From positions 2,550,001 to 2,582,000 of the forward strand of contig NC_002677.1 in the NCBI RefSeq assembly GCF_000195855.1: DNA of 32,000 bases. Reading direction: 5' to 3'. The notes beneath the pieces are model-generated. The model worked only from the letters and a program-made list of their open reading frames with translations, made no database searches and was not told the origin of the DNA. The position numbers and the translations under genes were made by a program. Shown here one piece after another: positions 1-9,335 of this stretch (its first letter is position 1; each line of letters opens with the position of its first letter). This stretch comes from Mycobacterium leprae TN. Lineage in GTDB: Bacteria > Actinomycetota > Actinomycetes > Mycobacteriales > Mycobacteriaceae.

Positions 1-938
1 GCCTAGACCACGAATACGGCTGACTCCCCTCGATACCCTTTGTTGCGGGATACTCGGGCCATGACCACCAGCAATTCTGCTACTACAACCGTTGGTGGTC
101 CGCAACTTAACACCTTCGAGTTCATAGGCTTGCCTATCGTAGACCGGTGTAGCCACCGAGGCGAGGCGGGCTGGATCTACGCTTCGATAAGCAGAAACGG
201 CACCAGCGGCACACCGCGGCAAGAACATCCGCTTCTGTTACGAGATCCCAGCAAGCTTTAGTAGTTCGGCTAATTCCAATAAACTGGTAAACTATATACA
301 GTACGCCGAGACTGGGGTAACGCTGGTAGTCATCATCAGCGCACAGCTGTAGGCTACTTGCGACATGTGCAAACCGCCATACTCCGGTCTGTATATTCAT
401 GCATGCCGAAGCAACCCAGGCCGACAAAGTCTTTCACGTATTCATCAGGAATCTGCGCATCGCACTCGATAACACTCCCGTCAACGGCGACAAGAAACTG
501 CTGCAGCTGGTCCAAAAACGCGGCTGTACGAGCCGCTTCGACATCGAACGGCTTAGGAGACGGATGTACGAGTTGGAAAAAGTGACCAAAGAACAGTTTT
601 TTGACTAAATCTACTCTATACCAACAACTTTCACAGTATGCTTCGGCGAGGGTTCGTGCTTTCTCCTGAATAACCTCTACTTACTTCCCCATCACTAACG
701 ACTTAGCACAACGTTTTGGATACCCCACTCCCTGCCCACATGCTATAATGCACCGATGTCCTAAGGATTAGGTATAAGTTCTTCCATCAGCTGTGAGCTG
801 GTGCACGTCGCTGCCGAACGAAGTGGATAAGCCGTGTCGAAGCTGCATGTACCGGGGTCGACAGACTTGAAACACCGCCATCGGCCTCAGACATCAGCAG
901 CTAGTCAGCCACCAAACACAGTCGCGAAGAACTGGGCT

Positions 939-1922
939 TCAGCCTCGGCGATTTCGGTGTGGATTGCGTGGCAGTCCACACTCAGAGCATCGATGTATGC
1001 TTCGGGAAACTCGTTGCTTCTCCCTGGGTGCACTCATCGCCGAAAACCTCGTGGTCGACATCGCTGGGTAGGACGTTGAACTTGGCGCAGGAAAATGTTG
1101 GAGGCAGCGAATTCGGTCTTCCGCTTGGAGGATAATTGGTGTCATAGGCACAGACAGTGCTATAGTCGGGCAGTCTCAACTGATGCAATCCAGCCTCGTC
1201 CATACCTAAGTTCTGGAGAACACCGGGAGCCATCACAAAAAAACTACTTTGATTCGTGGGTCTGTGACGTCAAAAGCTGGGGCGGCGTCCAGCGGTAGCT
1301 GGTCTCGAATGTCTGCTGGGATCGCTAAATGGTTTTTCACGCCCTACTGGAAGGCCAGGAATTGCTCAGTGTTGACTCGCGTACCGCCGATCCACAGCGA
1401 CGTGAATCCCCCTACGAGTGCCCGGCCACTCCAATCCTTTTGTAGTCCTTTTGTAGTCCACCAATGTACCTCTAAACTGATTTGCCAACAAAGAAATTCG
1501 CGGTAAAGGTCAAGTCCTTTGTCCGCTGACAAAGTTTGCTAGTTAGGTAATCCATGATCGAGTGATAAGTGTTGGCACGGTAATGATTGATTGCAGCCAC
1601 CACGTACCCACGACTGGCCAGTGCCTAAGAACACCACACGTACTGCATGCCCGTTATTTCCGCGGCCATACGAGAACCAGATCAGCGAATTCCGGTAACC
1701 GTCGAGCACCGGCGGCAATTCGCGGTAGAAGTCCAGTTTGGTGAAAACGGCATCTGGAATGGAACGGCTTGTCCGATGGATCTGGGCCCTGAGTCGGGAA
1801 AAAACGTTCAATACCCGGTGCCACACACACTCTGAGGATTGCTCTCGTCGATGAAACTGACCTGTCGGAGGCCAACTCGGTACGTTGACGCCACCCGGGT
1901 GTCCTCGGGCACAAGAAGTCAA
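939..1922 (-). pseudogene. alpha/beta-hydrolase (dienelactone hydrolase / PAF-acetylhydrolase-like) remnant, multiply frameshifted
   Basis: Family-like blocks are spread over at least 3 minus-strand frames. 'LIWFSYGRGNNGHA' resembles PLxxFSHGxGG. 'ALASRGYVVAAINHYRAN' is readable at ~1575-1630. 'GRALVGGFTSLWIGG' is a degenerate GHSxGG nucleophile elbow. 'DHEVFGDECT' lies near the C-terminus. No single frame stays open. Confidence 0.4.
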
Positions 1923-2010
1923 GGCACCCTAGGAGAGGAAGCCAGCCACAATGAGAAAGACGACGCTGCGCAGCGCTGCCTTCAAGCTAATCAACCCACT
2001 AAGACCCCCA

Positions 2011-2421
2011 CTACGCGTCGAACTCGCGGGCCACCGCCTTGACCACCTCAGATACCCTCCTGGCCGTTTTGCGATCCGGGTAGCGGCCTTTACGCAATTC
2101 GGGCTGCACCGTGCTCTCCAGCAAAGTGATCATATCTTCGACCATGCCGTGCAGTTCATCCGGGCTGTGCCTGTGCTCGGCCAGCGCCTCGCGGCGCACT
2201 TGGCGAGCAAAGCTCGGTGGCGGATCAATCAACTTGAGGCTCAATGCTTGCGGCCCACGCCGGCCAGAAGCCACGCCAAACTCTACCCGTTGCCCGGCTT
2301 TGAGCCCCTCGACACCCGCGGGCAACGCCGACGAGCGAACATAGACGTCTTCGCCATCCTCCTGTGAAAGGAAGCCAAACCCCTTGTCGGCGTCATACCA
2401 CTTCACCTTGCCGGTCGGCAC
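2011..2421 (-). CDS. cspB: cold-shock protein with C-terminal extension (CspB, Rv0871-like), 136 aa
   Basis: The ORF contains '[61 protein letters not shown]', a CSD with RNP1 KGFGF. It is near-identical in pattern to mycobacterial CspB and carries the '[19 protein letters not shown]' tail. I chose the GTG at 2421 (VPTGKVKWY) to match the family N-terminus; an alternative GTG lies at 2430. The ORF-track start at 2613 is probably an upstream open extension. Confidence 0.9.
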   Translation of the reverse strand: MPTGKVKWYDADKGFGFLSQEDGEDVYVRSSALPAGVEGLKAGQRVEFGVASGRRGPQALSLKLIDPPPSFARQVRREALAEHRHSPDELHGMVEDMITLLESTVQPELRKGRYPDRKTARRVSEVVKAVAREFDA

Positions 2422-2472
2422 TGGTCTCACCTGCTTGTCTAACAGATCACTAAGATGGACAACAGAACAAAC

Positions 2473-2494
2473 GTCCCGCCTACGTAGGCGGGAC
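2473..2494. promoter_or_regulatory. perfect 22-bp palindrome GTCCCGCCTACGTAGGCGGGAC in the cspB leader / divergent intergenic region
   Basis: I verified base by base that the sequence equals its reverse complement. It lies 52-73 nt upstream of the cspB start. On the cspB strand it is followed by the T-rich GTTTGTTCTGTTG. Its function (operator or 5'-UTR hairpin/attenuator) is not established. Confidence 0.5.
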
Positions 2495-2587
2495 ACAATG
2501 TTAGTTTCCAATCTTACTCGGGCAGTTGCCCGCGAAGCACCCAGATTAGCCGTTACCCAGTAGGGTGGCACTACCGCTGAAGGAGAT

Positions 2588-2990
2588 ATGCGGCCTGATC
2601 CTAAACACGTCACCTAACTGGTTTTCGGCAGCCTCTGGTTGGTCCTCTGCCACTTACTTGCAGCAATTATCAGCTTCTCGCTAATCGTCCACCATCCCCT
2701 TCGGCCTCGAAGCTTTGCGCATAGCGTCTTACGCGTTGTGGCCATTCGACCGGACGATAGTCAACAAGCCAGGAGCCGGGACGAGAGCTCTCGTCGGCAA
2801 CACCATCTGAGTACTGCCGTTCGGGTTATGGTTGACGATCAGGCACCTGCTCAGTGTCGCGGCGATGGCGGTCACGATCGTCGGTATTCCGCTGACGTTG
2901 ACTAACTCCAAGCTCATCCCGGTTCCGCTGGTTCTGCTGGGCAAAAAACATCGTCGAAGTCGGCTCGTCAACTCGATTCGAACGAGTACC
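2588..2990 (+). pseudogene. YccF-like small inner-membrane protein (Rv0870c-like) pseudogene
   Basis: ATG at 2588 is preceded by GAAGGAG (2579-2585). An in-frame TAA sits at 2615-2617. Two YccF-type repeats are readable: 'NLVFGSLWLVLCHLLAAIISFSLIV..IPFGLEALRIASYALWPFDRTIV' and 'NTI*VLPFGLWL..AMAVTIVGIPLTLTNSKLIPVPLVLLGKK'. They are interrupted by a frameshift near 2690 and by a TGA where a W is expected near 2805. Confidence 0.55.
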
Positions 2991-3079
2991 CGTATGACAC
3001 TGACCGCGTCGGGAGTGCCAACAATACCTGGCCACACACTAGAGCCGGATGAACCACCACGCCTCCGCTCAAGGACGTG

Positions 3080-4045
3080 CCGCGATAGCCCTAGTAGTGG
3101 ACTACATGCGGCAGGAGAGCCAACGAACTGCGGGTATCACTCACCAACTCTGCGTTGCATCTAGTTGCACATACCTACAGCAGACCTGGAGGATAACTAC
3201 GAGGCCAGTAACTGCCGCAGCGAGACGAGCTTACCAGGCTCACGAGCATCGCGGTCACCCGGCTCGACGTCACCAACATCCGGTTCACCGGTAGTGAGTC
3301 GCTCTTGGCCCGGCACTTCGAAGAGGTAATCGCAGCAGCGGCCAGTTTGCGTCCCCGCCCAGAGAGCTCGTTGACCACCAACGGTGTAGGACTGACCCGG
3401 AAATGCTGGCACTCTGGCTGACGCGGGCCTGGAATGAATCGACATGTCTATGGACAGGGTGGACCAGAACAACTTTACGACCATCACCCGTCGCGAACAA
3501 CTCGCTGACGTGATGACCCGGCTTAGCCGTAATGAATCACACAGATCTCCCGCTGTTCAAGGCGAATTCGGTGTTGAACCAGACAAGCGGCCGCAAGCAT
3601 GTCGTCGAGCTGTTGCGGTTTTGTACTGAACCGGAGCTTATCAGTTGCGGGTTATCAAGGCAGATACAGCTGGACGCTGGGCACCAATGACAATGTGAGG
3701 ACGCACTAAACTACTGACGCACTAAACTACTATAACGTGCTAGAGTAGCACTACGGCCCCAATTCCTTCCCCAGTTGTGACAGAACCCGGCGCCGCAAGG
3801 CTAGACTCCGGCTGAACTTTGGCTGGTTAACACAGGCCTTGAAACACCGTCCGGAAAGTTTGGCGTCATCAAGTCAGTGTCGCATGCTTTCTGTGCAAGC
3901 TGCAACCTTGCCCTGCTGACAGCCGACAACCAAATCCGCAGTTGTTTTTTTCTCGAGTCAGGAGACCGACCTTCGTAGCCTGCTGGCCACAGCATAAACA
4001 AGCCCAACTTCGTCCAGCCCAATCGCCCGATGAGCGTAATCGATG
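3080..4045 (+). pseudogene. moaA: molybdenum cofactor biosynthesis radical-SAM protein MoaA (moaA2-like) pseudogene
   Basis: 'ELRVSLTN' shifts frame to 'CVASSCTYLQ', a destroyed CxxxCxxC cluster. Further blocks are 'IRFTGGE'-like, 'TNGVGL' and 'MPLDAGH'-like. The C-terminal block 'FGVIKSVSHAFCASCNLALLTADNQIRSCFF' and 'NKPNFVQPNRPMSVI' follow. Many frameshifts and stops are present. Confidence 0.7.
3700..3731. repeat. perfect tandem duplication 2 x 16 bp (GACGCACTAAACTACT) inside the moaA pseudogene
   Basis: Copies at 3700-3715 and 3716-3731 are identical. The length is not a multiple of 3, so the duplication is frame-disrupting. Confidence 0.95.
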
Positions 4046-4317
4046 CGCTTAAGACACCCGGACCAATCCGTCGGAATTCGGGTCAATGTGCTAAACCACG
4101 TAGCCGCGCGAGTAACCACAGGTACCGAATCGGAGACAATGACATTACGGCCGGCCGCCACGGTCGCCGAGCTGGTAGCGAGCCTTGCGGGCCAGGGTTC
4201 GCGCCTCGCTACGATTTTGAGCCTATGCGCTCATATCGCATCACGGTGCGCGACCAGACCATAGCGCTGCGCTCCAATGACACAATCGACGTTTTGCCGC
4301 CTTCTATAGGCGGATGA
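4043..4317 (+). pseudogene. moaD: molybdopterin synthase sulfur-carrier MoaD (moaD2-like) pseudogene, one frameshift
   Basis: ATG at 4043. 'IRVNVLNHVAARVTTGTESETMTLRPAATVAELVASLAGQGSRLATILSLCA' runs in one frame. It then continues in another frame as 'ITVRDQTIALRSNDTIDVLPPSIGG*', the diagnostic C-terminal GlyGly. Confidence 0.7.
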
Positions 4318-4554
4318 GATTGTGACTTTCAGCATATAACAGAAAATATGACGTGGGAACAGGATGGCATCGAACCCCTCGCAAGCTGGGCCAATAACTT
4401 CAGATATTGGTCTCTTGTCATATAACAACAACCGAAACGCCAAGTTTCTCAACACGTGACGAGAGCGCCTGCAGCCGCTACCTTCTGCGAAGGCTCGTCA
4501 AGCTAGCCAGTGGCGTTCTTCCCTCCCCAAAGTACCAATCTCCATCCACGTAGG

Positions 4555-5269
<715 letters not shown>

Positions 5270-5383
5270 CAGACCTCGAGCATCGGCTACATACAGCAAC
5301 TGTGGCAAGCGATCCGGGCCGGAAGACGTGCACAGAAACGGCGCGCTGGCCGCACTGGCCCAGCCGGCCATCCTCAGCTAACA

Positions 5384-5749
5384 CTAGGCCGAGCCCACGC
5401 ACTCGCCCGGCACCGTCCATCGACGAACTGATGCTTCCACACCGGTAGCCGCCCCCCTAAATATTATTATGGGGCCAACCAGATTAGGGGAATGCCCCTG
5501 TCGATAGCGAGCCGCGACCGCACGCACCCTGTTGGACTGCTCAACCAACACATCAATGAACACCTGGGCGACCGGCGGATGTGCGAAATAGGCGACCCGC
5601 AACACCCGACGTCTGCCGTCATAGTAGCGGATCATTCCAACGAAAACGACGATGGATCCGACCAGCTGATGATTCAACTAGATACTCATGCTCGGCCAGT
5701 GAGATCGGCTGATCGTTTATAGCGGCGGGCAGCACCAGCATCATCATTG
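5384..5749 (-). pseudogene. moaE: molybdopterin synthase catalytic subunit MoaE (moaE2-like) pseudogene
   Basis: 'LPAAINDQPISLAEHEYLVESSAG' (one frame) is followed in another frame by 'SIVVFVGMIRYYDGRRRVLRVAYFAHPPVAQVFIDVLVEQ'. The remnant ends in '..ECVGSA*', as the family does. There is one frameshift and an apparent internal deletion. Confidence 0.65.
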
Positions 5750-6140
5750 GCGATCTCCGCCGGCGAATTGATCGAGCACGTGGTCCAGCACATCGGCACA
5801 TATGGCAAGGTCGTCACGCACCCGCCGGGCGATAGCACCTACGTCGGTACCTTCGACAACCCGCTGCGGCGGATGATGTCATCCTCATGTAATCCACCAG
5901 CACAACCATAGTCTGGTCCGGGGTACTATACACTAGGCGAAATATCGTTACCACCCGAGGTGATGATCACGTCGACACACGCGTCGACCGCGTCGCGCAG
6001 TGCCTCACCAACCGAGTTCCCATCGGCAACCATCTACGGTTGCACTGGCGAAAAGCCATGCTCTCCAAGGCATTCGACGATGATTAGCCCGAATTGGCCG
6101 TCATACCCACCGGCCGACGCCCGAGTATTGAGTACGAATA
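5750..6140 (-). pseudogene. mog: molybdopterin adenylyltransferase Mog/MoaB-like pseudogene
   Basis: Minus-strand fragments read 'YDGQFGLIIVECLGEHGFSPVQP' and 'VADGNSVGEALRDAVDACVDVIITSGGN' (typical Mog 'DVIxTSGGTG'). They are split over frames and carry stops. Confidence 0.55.
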
Positions 6141-6151
6141 ATGCAGGCGGA

Positions 6152-6705
6152 TCAGCCGCACATCACCGTGCCCAAGTTCCGCGTTTGCCGCTCTCCTTGC
6201 GGAGCATCCATAATGCTATAAATGCAGGCCGGATCAACCGCTTTAGCCATGTCGTAGAGTGTTAGTCCTGCCATACTGACGGCAGTCAACTCCTCCATAG
6301 TCACGCCTGCACGGTCGGTGCTATACATCGTCCAGGGTGATCTCGATATCCGTAGTCGACGACGGTGAAATCCACACCAACACCGGTGAGGGCGAACTGG
6401 TGGCATAGCGGGATCAGGTCACTGGTGGGTTTGACCGCCAGAATACCCGCCACCCACTCGGTAGCCAGCGCATCACCTTTTGATGAGCCAGGCTGCCGGT
6501 CGAGATCAACGGCCACCACGTGCACCTGGGTGTGCAAGGCTCCCGCGTCAACAGCAGTAAGCCTGTGGCGATCTTCTCGGTAACGTCCCCGACCCCATGT
6601 TGCACCGCCCCTCGCTTTTTCAAGTATTGAGACAACAGAACCGAGCGGGATTCCTCCCGACCCGCATGTCGCAGCAGACCTAGGCGCTTCAGCGGCCCTA
6701 GCCAT
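6152..6705 (-). pseudogene. moaC: cyclic pyranopterin monophosphate synthase MoaC (moaC2-like) pseudogene, frameshifted
   Basis: Frame A reads '[42 protein letters not shown]'. Frame B reads '[29 protein letters not shown]'. Both are classic MoaC blocks, joined only by a frameshift near 6300-6400. ATG at 6705. Confidence 0.7.
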
Positions 6706-6715
6706 CTCGACGGCC

Positions 6716-6940
6716 CTACCGGTTAACAACAGTAACCGGGTGCACGTAGGGCAGGTCGTCAGCGGGCACCGGAAACACCAGGTCGCCGAATGGCGATAAC
6801 GCACCGGCGCAATCGGTCACCAATTCGCTTACAGCGTGGTGGTCTGGATCAGTCGTCGGCCAGCCGTTGTCTACGTATCTGCTTTTATGCGCCTTGCTCT
6901 TAGCAATGTCAGCCACGACATAGTAGTTTACAGATTTCAT
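6716..6940 (-). CDS. small hypothetical protein, 74 aa (position matches Rv0863), possibly intact
   Basis: An ATG-initiated uninterrupted ORF runs divergent from the 7038 gene. Its stop lies 10 nt before the moaC ATG, consistent with an operon layout. I recognised no family motif and the SD is weak. Confidence 0.4.
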   Translation of the reverse strand: MKSVNYYVVADIAKSKAHKSRYVDNGWPTTDPDHHAVSELVTDCAGALSPFGDLVFPVPADDLPYVHPVTVVNR

Positions 6941-7037
6941 ACTCGCATGTGACGCGAAGCACCGCGCTGCAGGTCTTGCTCACCCGCTGAGTCACTCAGC
7001 ATTGCGTCACACCTCGCTGGCTTTACGCTGGTCAGCA

Positions 7038-9299
7038 ATGACCGACAACACCCCGGATATCCCGCTGGGATCCTGGCTGGCCGACTTGTCCGACGAGCGG
7101 CTGATCCAGCTACTGGAGCTGCGACCCGACCTGGCCCAACCGCCACCTGGCAGTATCGCGGCGCTAGCTGCGCGGGCACAGGCCCGTCAATCAATCAAAG
7201 CTGCCACCGACGAACTCAACTTCTTGCAATTCGCGGTGATCGATGCACTGCTGGTACTGCAGGCCGATAGCACGCCGGTACCGACCACCAAGCTAAAGGC
7301 GCTGATCGGCGACCGCGCTCCCCAGGCCGACGTGGTCAGCGCACTAGATAACCTTCGGCAACGCGCCCTGGCCTGGGGTGAGACCACAGTCCGGATAGCT
7401 GCTGCCGCTGCCGCGGCGTTGCCGTGGCATCCGGGGCAAGTCACACTCGAGGACATCTCGAGCACCGGCGAACAAATCGCCGAGCTGATCGCTCGCCTCA
7501 GTCAAACCCAACGGGACGTGCTGCAGAAATTGCTCGAAGGGTCCCCACTGGGGCGCACCCGCGACGCCGCGCCCGGAGCTCCACCCGATCGGCCGGTGCC
7601 ACAGCTGCTCGCGATGGGTCTGCTACGACGCATCGATGCCGATACGGTGATTCTGCCCCGCCGCGTCGGGCAGGTGCTACGCGGCGAGCAATCCGGTCCA
7701 ACGCAGCTGACGCAGCCGTATCCGGTGGTTTCGGTAACCACACCCAACGACGCCGACGCCGAAGCAGCCGGGGCAGTCATCGAGGCACTGCACGAACTCG
7801 ACGTACTGCTCGAGACCCTCGGCAGCGCACCGGTTTACGAACTACGCAACGGCGGATTGGGAGTTCGTGAATTCAAGCGGCTAGCCAAAGCTACCGGCAT
7901 CAACGAGCCGCGACTGGGCTTGCTCCTCGAGGTCACGGCCGCGGCTGGATTAATAGCCAGCGGCATACCCGATCCAGAGCCAGCCACTGGTGACAGCCCT
8001 TATTGGGCGCCGACGGTGGCCACTGACCGGTTCACCGCAATGCCTCCCGCGGAGCGTTGGCACCTGCTGGCCAGCACCTGGCTTGACTTGCAGTGCCGGC
8101 CCGCGTTGATCGGCAGCCGCGGACCAGACGCCAAGTCTTATGGCGCCCTGTCAAATTCGTTATACTCTACGGCGGCACCGCTGGATCGCAGGCTTTTGCT
8201 CGGCATGCTCGCCGAACTACCAGCCGGAGTCGGTGTCGAAGCAGCCGAGGCGTCGGCGGCGCTGATCTGGCGGCGCCCACGCTGGGCCAGGCGGCTGCAG
8301 CCCGGACCGGTCGCCGATATGTTAGCCGAGGGCCACACTATGGGACTGGTGGGTCGCGGTGCAATCAGCACGCCTGGACGCGCACTGTTGGACGAGGCCA
8401 TTGCCTCCGCCGACCCAGCCATCGCGGTCGCCGCGATGACGCGGGCACTGCCCGAACCGATCGACCACTTTCTCGTGCAAGCCGACCTGACGGTCGTGGT
8501 ACCCGGGCCGTTGCAACGCAATCTTGCCAAGGAACTGGGCACAGTGGCCACCGTCGAATCAGCCGGCACGGCGATGGTGTACCGCATCAGCGAGCAGTCG
8601 ATCCGGCATGCACTCGACATCGGCAAGACTCGCGATTGGATGCATGCACTCTTCACGAATCATTCCAAAACCCCGGTTCCACAAAGGCTCACATATCTCA
8701 TCAATGATGTTGCGCGCCGACATGGCCAGCTCCGGATCGGCATGGCCGCATCGTTCGTCCGGTGCGAAGACCCGGCACTACTGACCCAGACAGTGGCGGC
8801 CGCAGAGGAACTGCAGCTACGGGCCCTAGCTCCGACGGTGGCGGTGTCTCCCGCCCCCATCGCCGAAGTCCTCGTCACGTTGCAGTCCGCAGGGTTCGCC
8901 CCAGCAGCCGAAGACTCCTCCGGTTCCATCGTCGACGTCCGGCCTCGCAGAGCGAGATTGCCCACCCCACAGCATCGGCGGCCATACCGCCCACTGCAGC
9001 GCCCCAACCTTGAGACCCTCAACGCGGTCATCGCGGTACTACGTAAAGTGGCCGCCACACCGTTTGGCGGTATACGCGTCGACCCGACCGTCACCATGTC
9101 GCTGTTGCAACGCGCCACGAAAGAAAAGACCACGCTGGTGATCGGCTATCTCGACGCTGCCGGCATTGCCACCCAACGGATGGTATCGCCTATTGCCATA
9201 CGGGGTGGTCAGCTGGTGGCCTTCGATCCGGGTACCGGGCGGCTACGTGACTTTGTCATCCACCGCATCACGTCAGTGGTGTCGTCCGACAGCCAATAA
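7038..9299 (+). CDS. conserved uncharacterised 753-aa protein (Rv0862c-like), XPB-helicase partner with an XPB-N-terminal-like domain and a WYL-like C-terminal module
   Basis: A long intact ORF ends 36 nt upstream of xpb on the same strand. Residues encoded by ~8458-8745 align position for position with the XPB N-terminus (see findings). The C-terminus 'LVIGYLDAAGIATQRMVSPIAIRGGQLVAFDPGTGRLRDFVIHRITSV' is WYL-like. I chose the ATG at 7038 (MTDNTPDIPLGSW); the TTG at 7002 is possible. Confidence 0.85.
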   Translation: MTDNTPDIPLGSWLADLSDERLIQLLELRPDLAQPPPGSIAALAARAQARQSIKAATDELNFLQFAVIDALLVLQADSTPVPTTKLKALIGDRAPQADVVSALDNLRQRALAWGETTVRIAAAAAAALPWHPGQVTLEDISSTGEQIAELIARLSQTQRDVLQKLLEGSPLGRTRDAAPGAPPDRPVPQLLAMGLLRRIDADTVILPRRVGQVLRGEQSGPTQLTQPYPVVSVTTPNDADAEAAGAVIEALHELDVLLETLGSAPVYELRNGGLGVREFKRLAKATGINEPRLGLLLEVTAAAGLIASGIPDPEPATGDSPYWAPTVATDRFTAMPPAERWHLLASTWLDLQCRPALIGSRGPDAKSYGALSNSLYSTAAPLDRRLLLGMLAELPAGVGVEAAEASAALIWRRPRWARRLQPGPVADMLAEGHTMGLVGRGAISTPGRALLDEAIASADPAIAVAAMTRALPEPIDHFLVQADLTVVVPGPLQRNLAKELGTVATVESAGTAMVYRISEQSIRHALDIGKTRDWMHALFTNHSKTPVPQRLTYLINDVARRHGQLRIGMAASFVRCEDPALLTQTVAAAEELQLRALAPTVAVSPAPIAEVLVTLQSAGFAPAAEDSSGSIVDVRPRRARLPTPQHRRPYRPLQRPNLETLNAVIAVLRKVAATPFGGIRVDPTVTMSLLQRATKEKTTLVIGYLDAAGIATQRMVSPIAIRGGQLVAFDPGTGRLRDFVIHRITSVVSSDSQ

Positions 9300-9335
9300 T
9301 GGACTCTCACGAAACGACGAGAAGGAGCAGCACTA

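Noticed and set aside
1-830. A possible acyl-CoA dehydrogenase (fadE10-like) C-terminal remnant on the minus strand, e.g. 'CMNIQTGVWRF..DDDYQRYPSLGVLYIVYQFIGIS' compared with '..QvhGGmGy..RDarI..IYEGTNGIQ'. The 69-aa plus-strand ORF at 399-608 was also considered.
   Set aside because: The similarity is too weak and gapped to support by eye. Synteny alone would be circular. The 399-608 ORF has no recognisable motif and may be antisense to the remnant. The region is left unannotated.
1962-1977. A small GC hairpin (CGCTGCGCAGCG core) followed by TCTTTCTC, ~40 nt downstream of the cspB stop, considered as an intrinsic terminator
   Set aside because: The stem is short (about 6 bp with a tight loop) and the U-tract is poor. 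I cannot distinguish it from background palindromic GC sequence.
2422-2613. The 64-codon N-terminal extension of the cspB ORF given by the ORF track
   Set aside because: The cold-shock family N-terminus (xPTGKVKWY) starts at the GTG at 2421. The extension covers the palindrome, the putative promoter and the divergent yccF-like start region.
8138-8656. Long antisense ORFs inside intact GC-rich genes: 8138-8656(-), 8660-9133(-), 10014-10640(-), 19578-20195(+), 21766-22344(+) and 26270-26716(-). Same-strand out-of-frame ORFs such as 7424-7870(+) and 8093-8707(+) belong to the same class.
   Set aside because: They are typical shadow ORFs of high-GC coding DNA. Their translations are Arg/Ala/Pro/Ser-rich with no family motifs, and each lies entirely within a well-supported gene in another frame or on the other strand.
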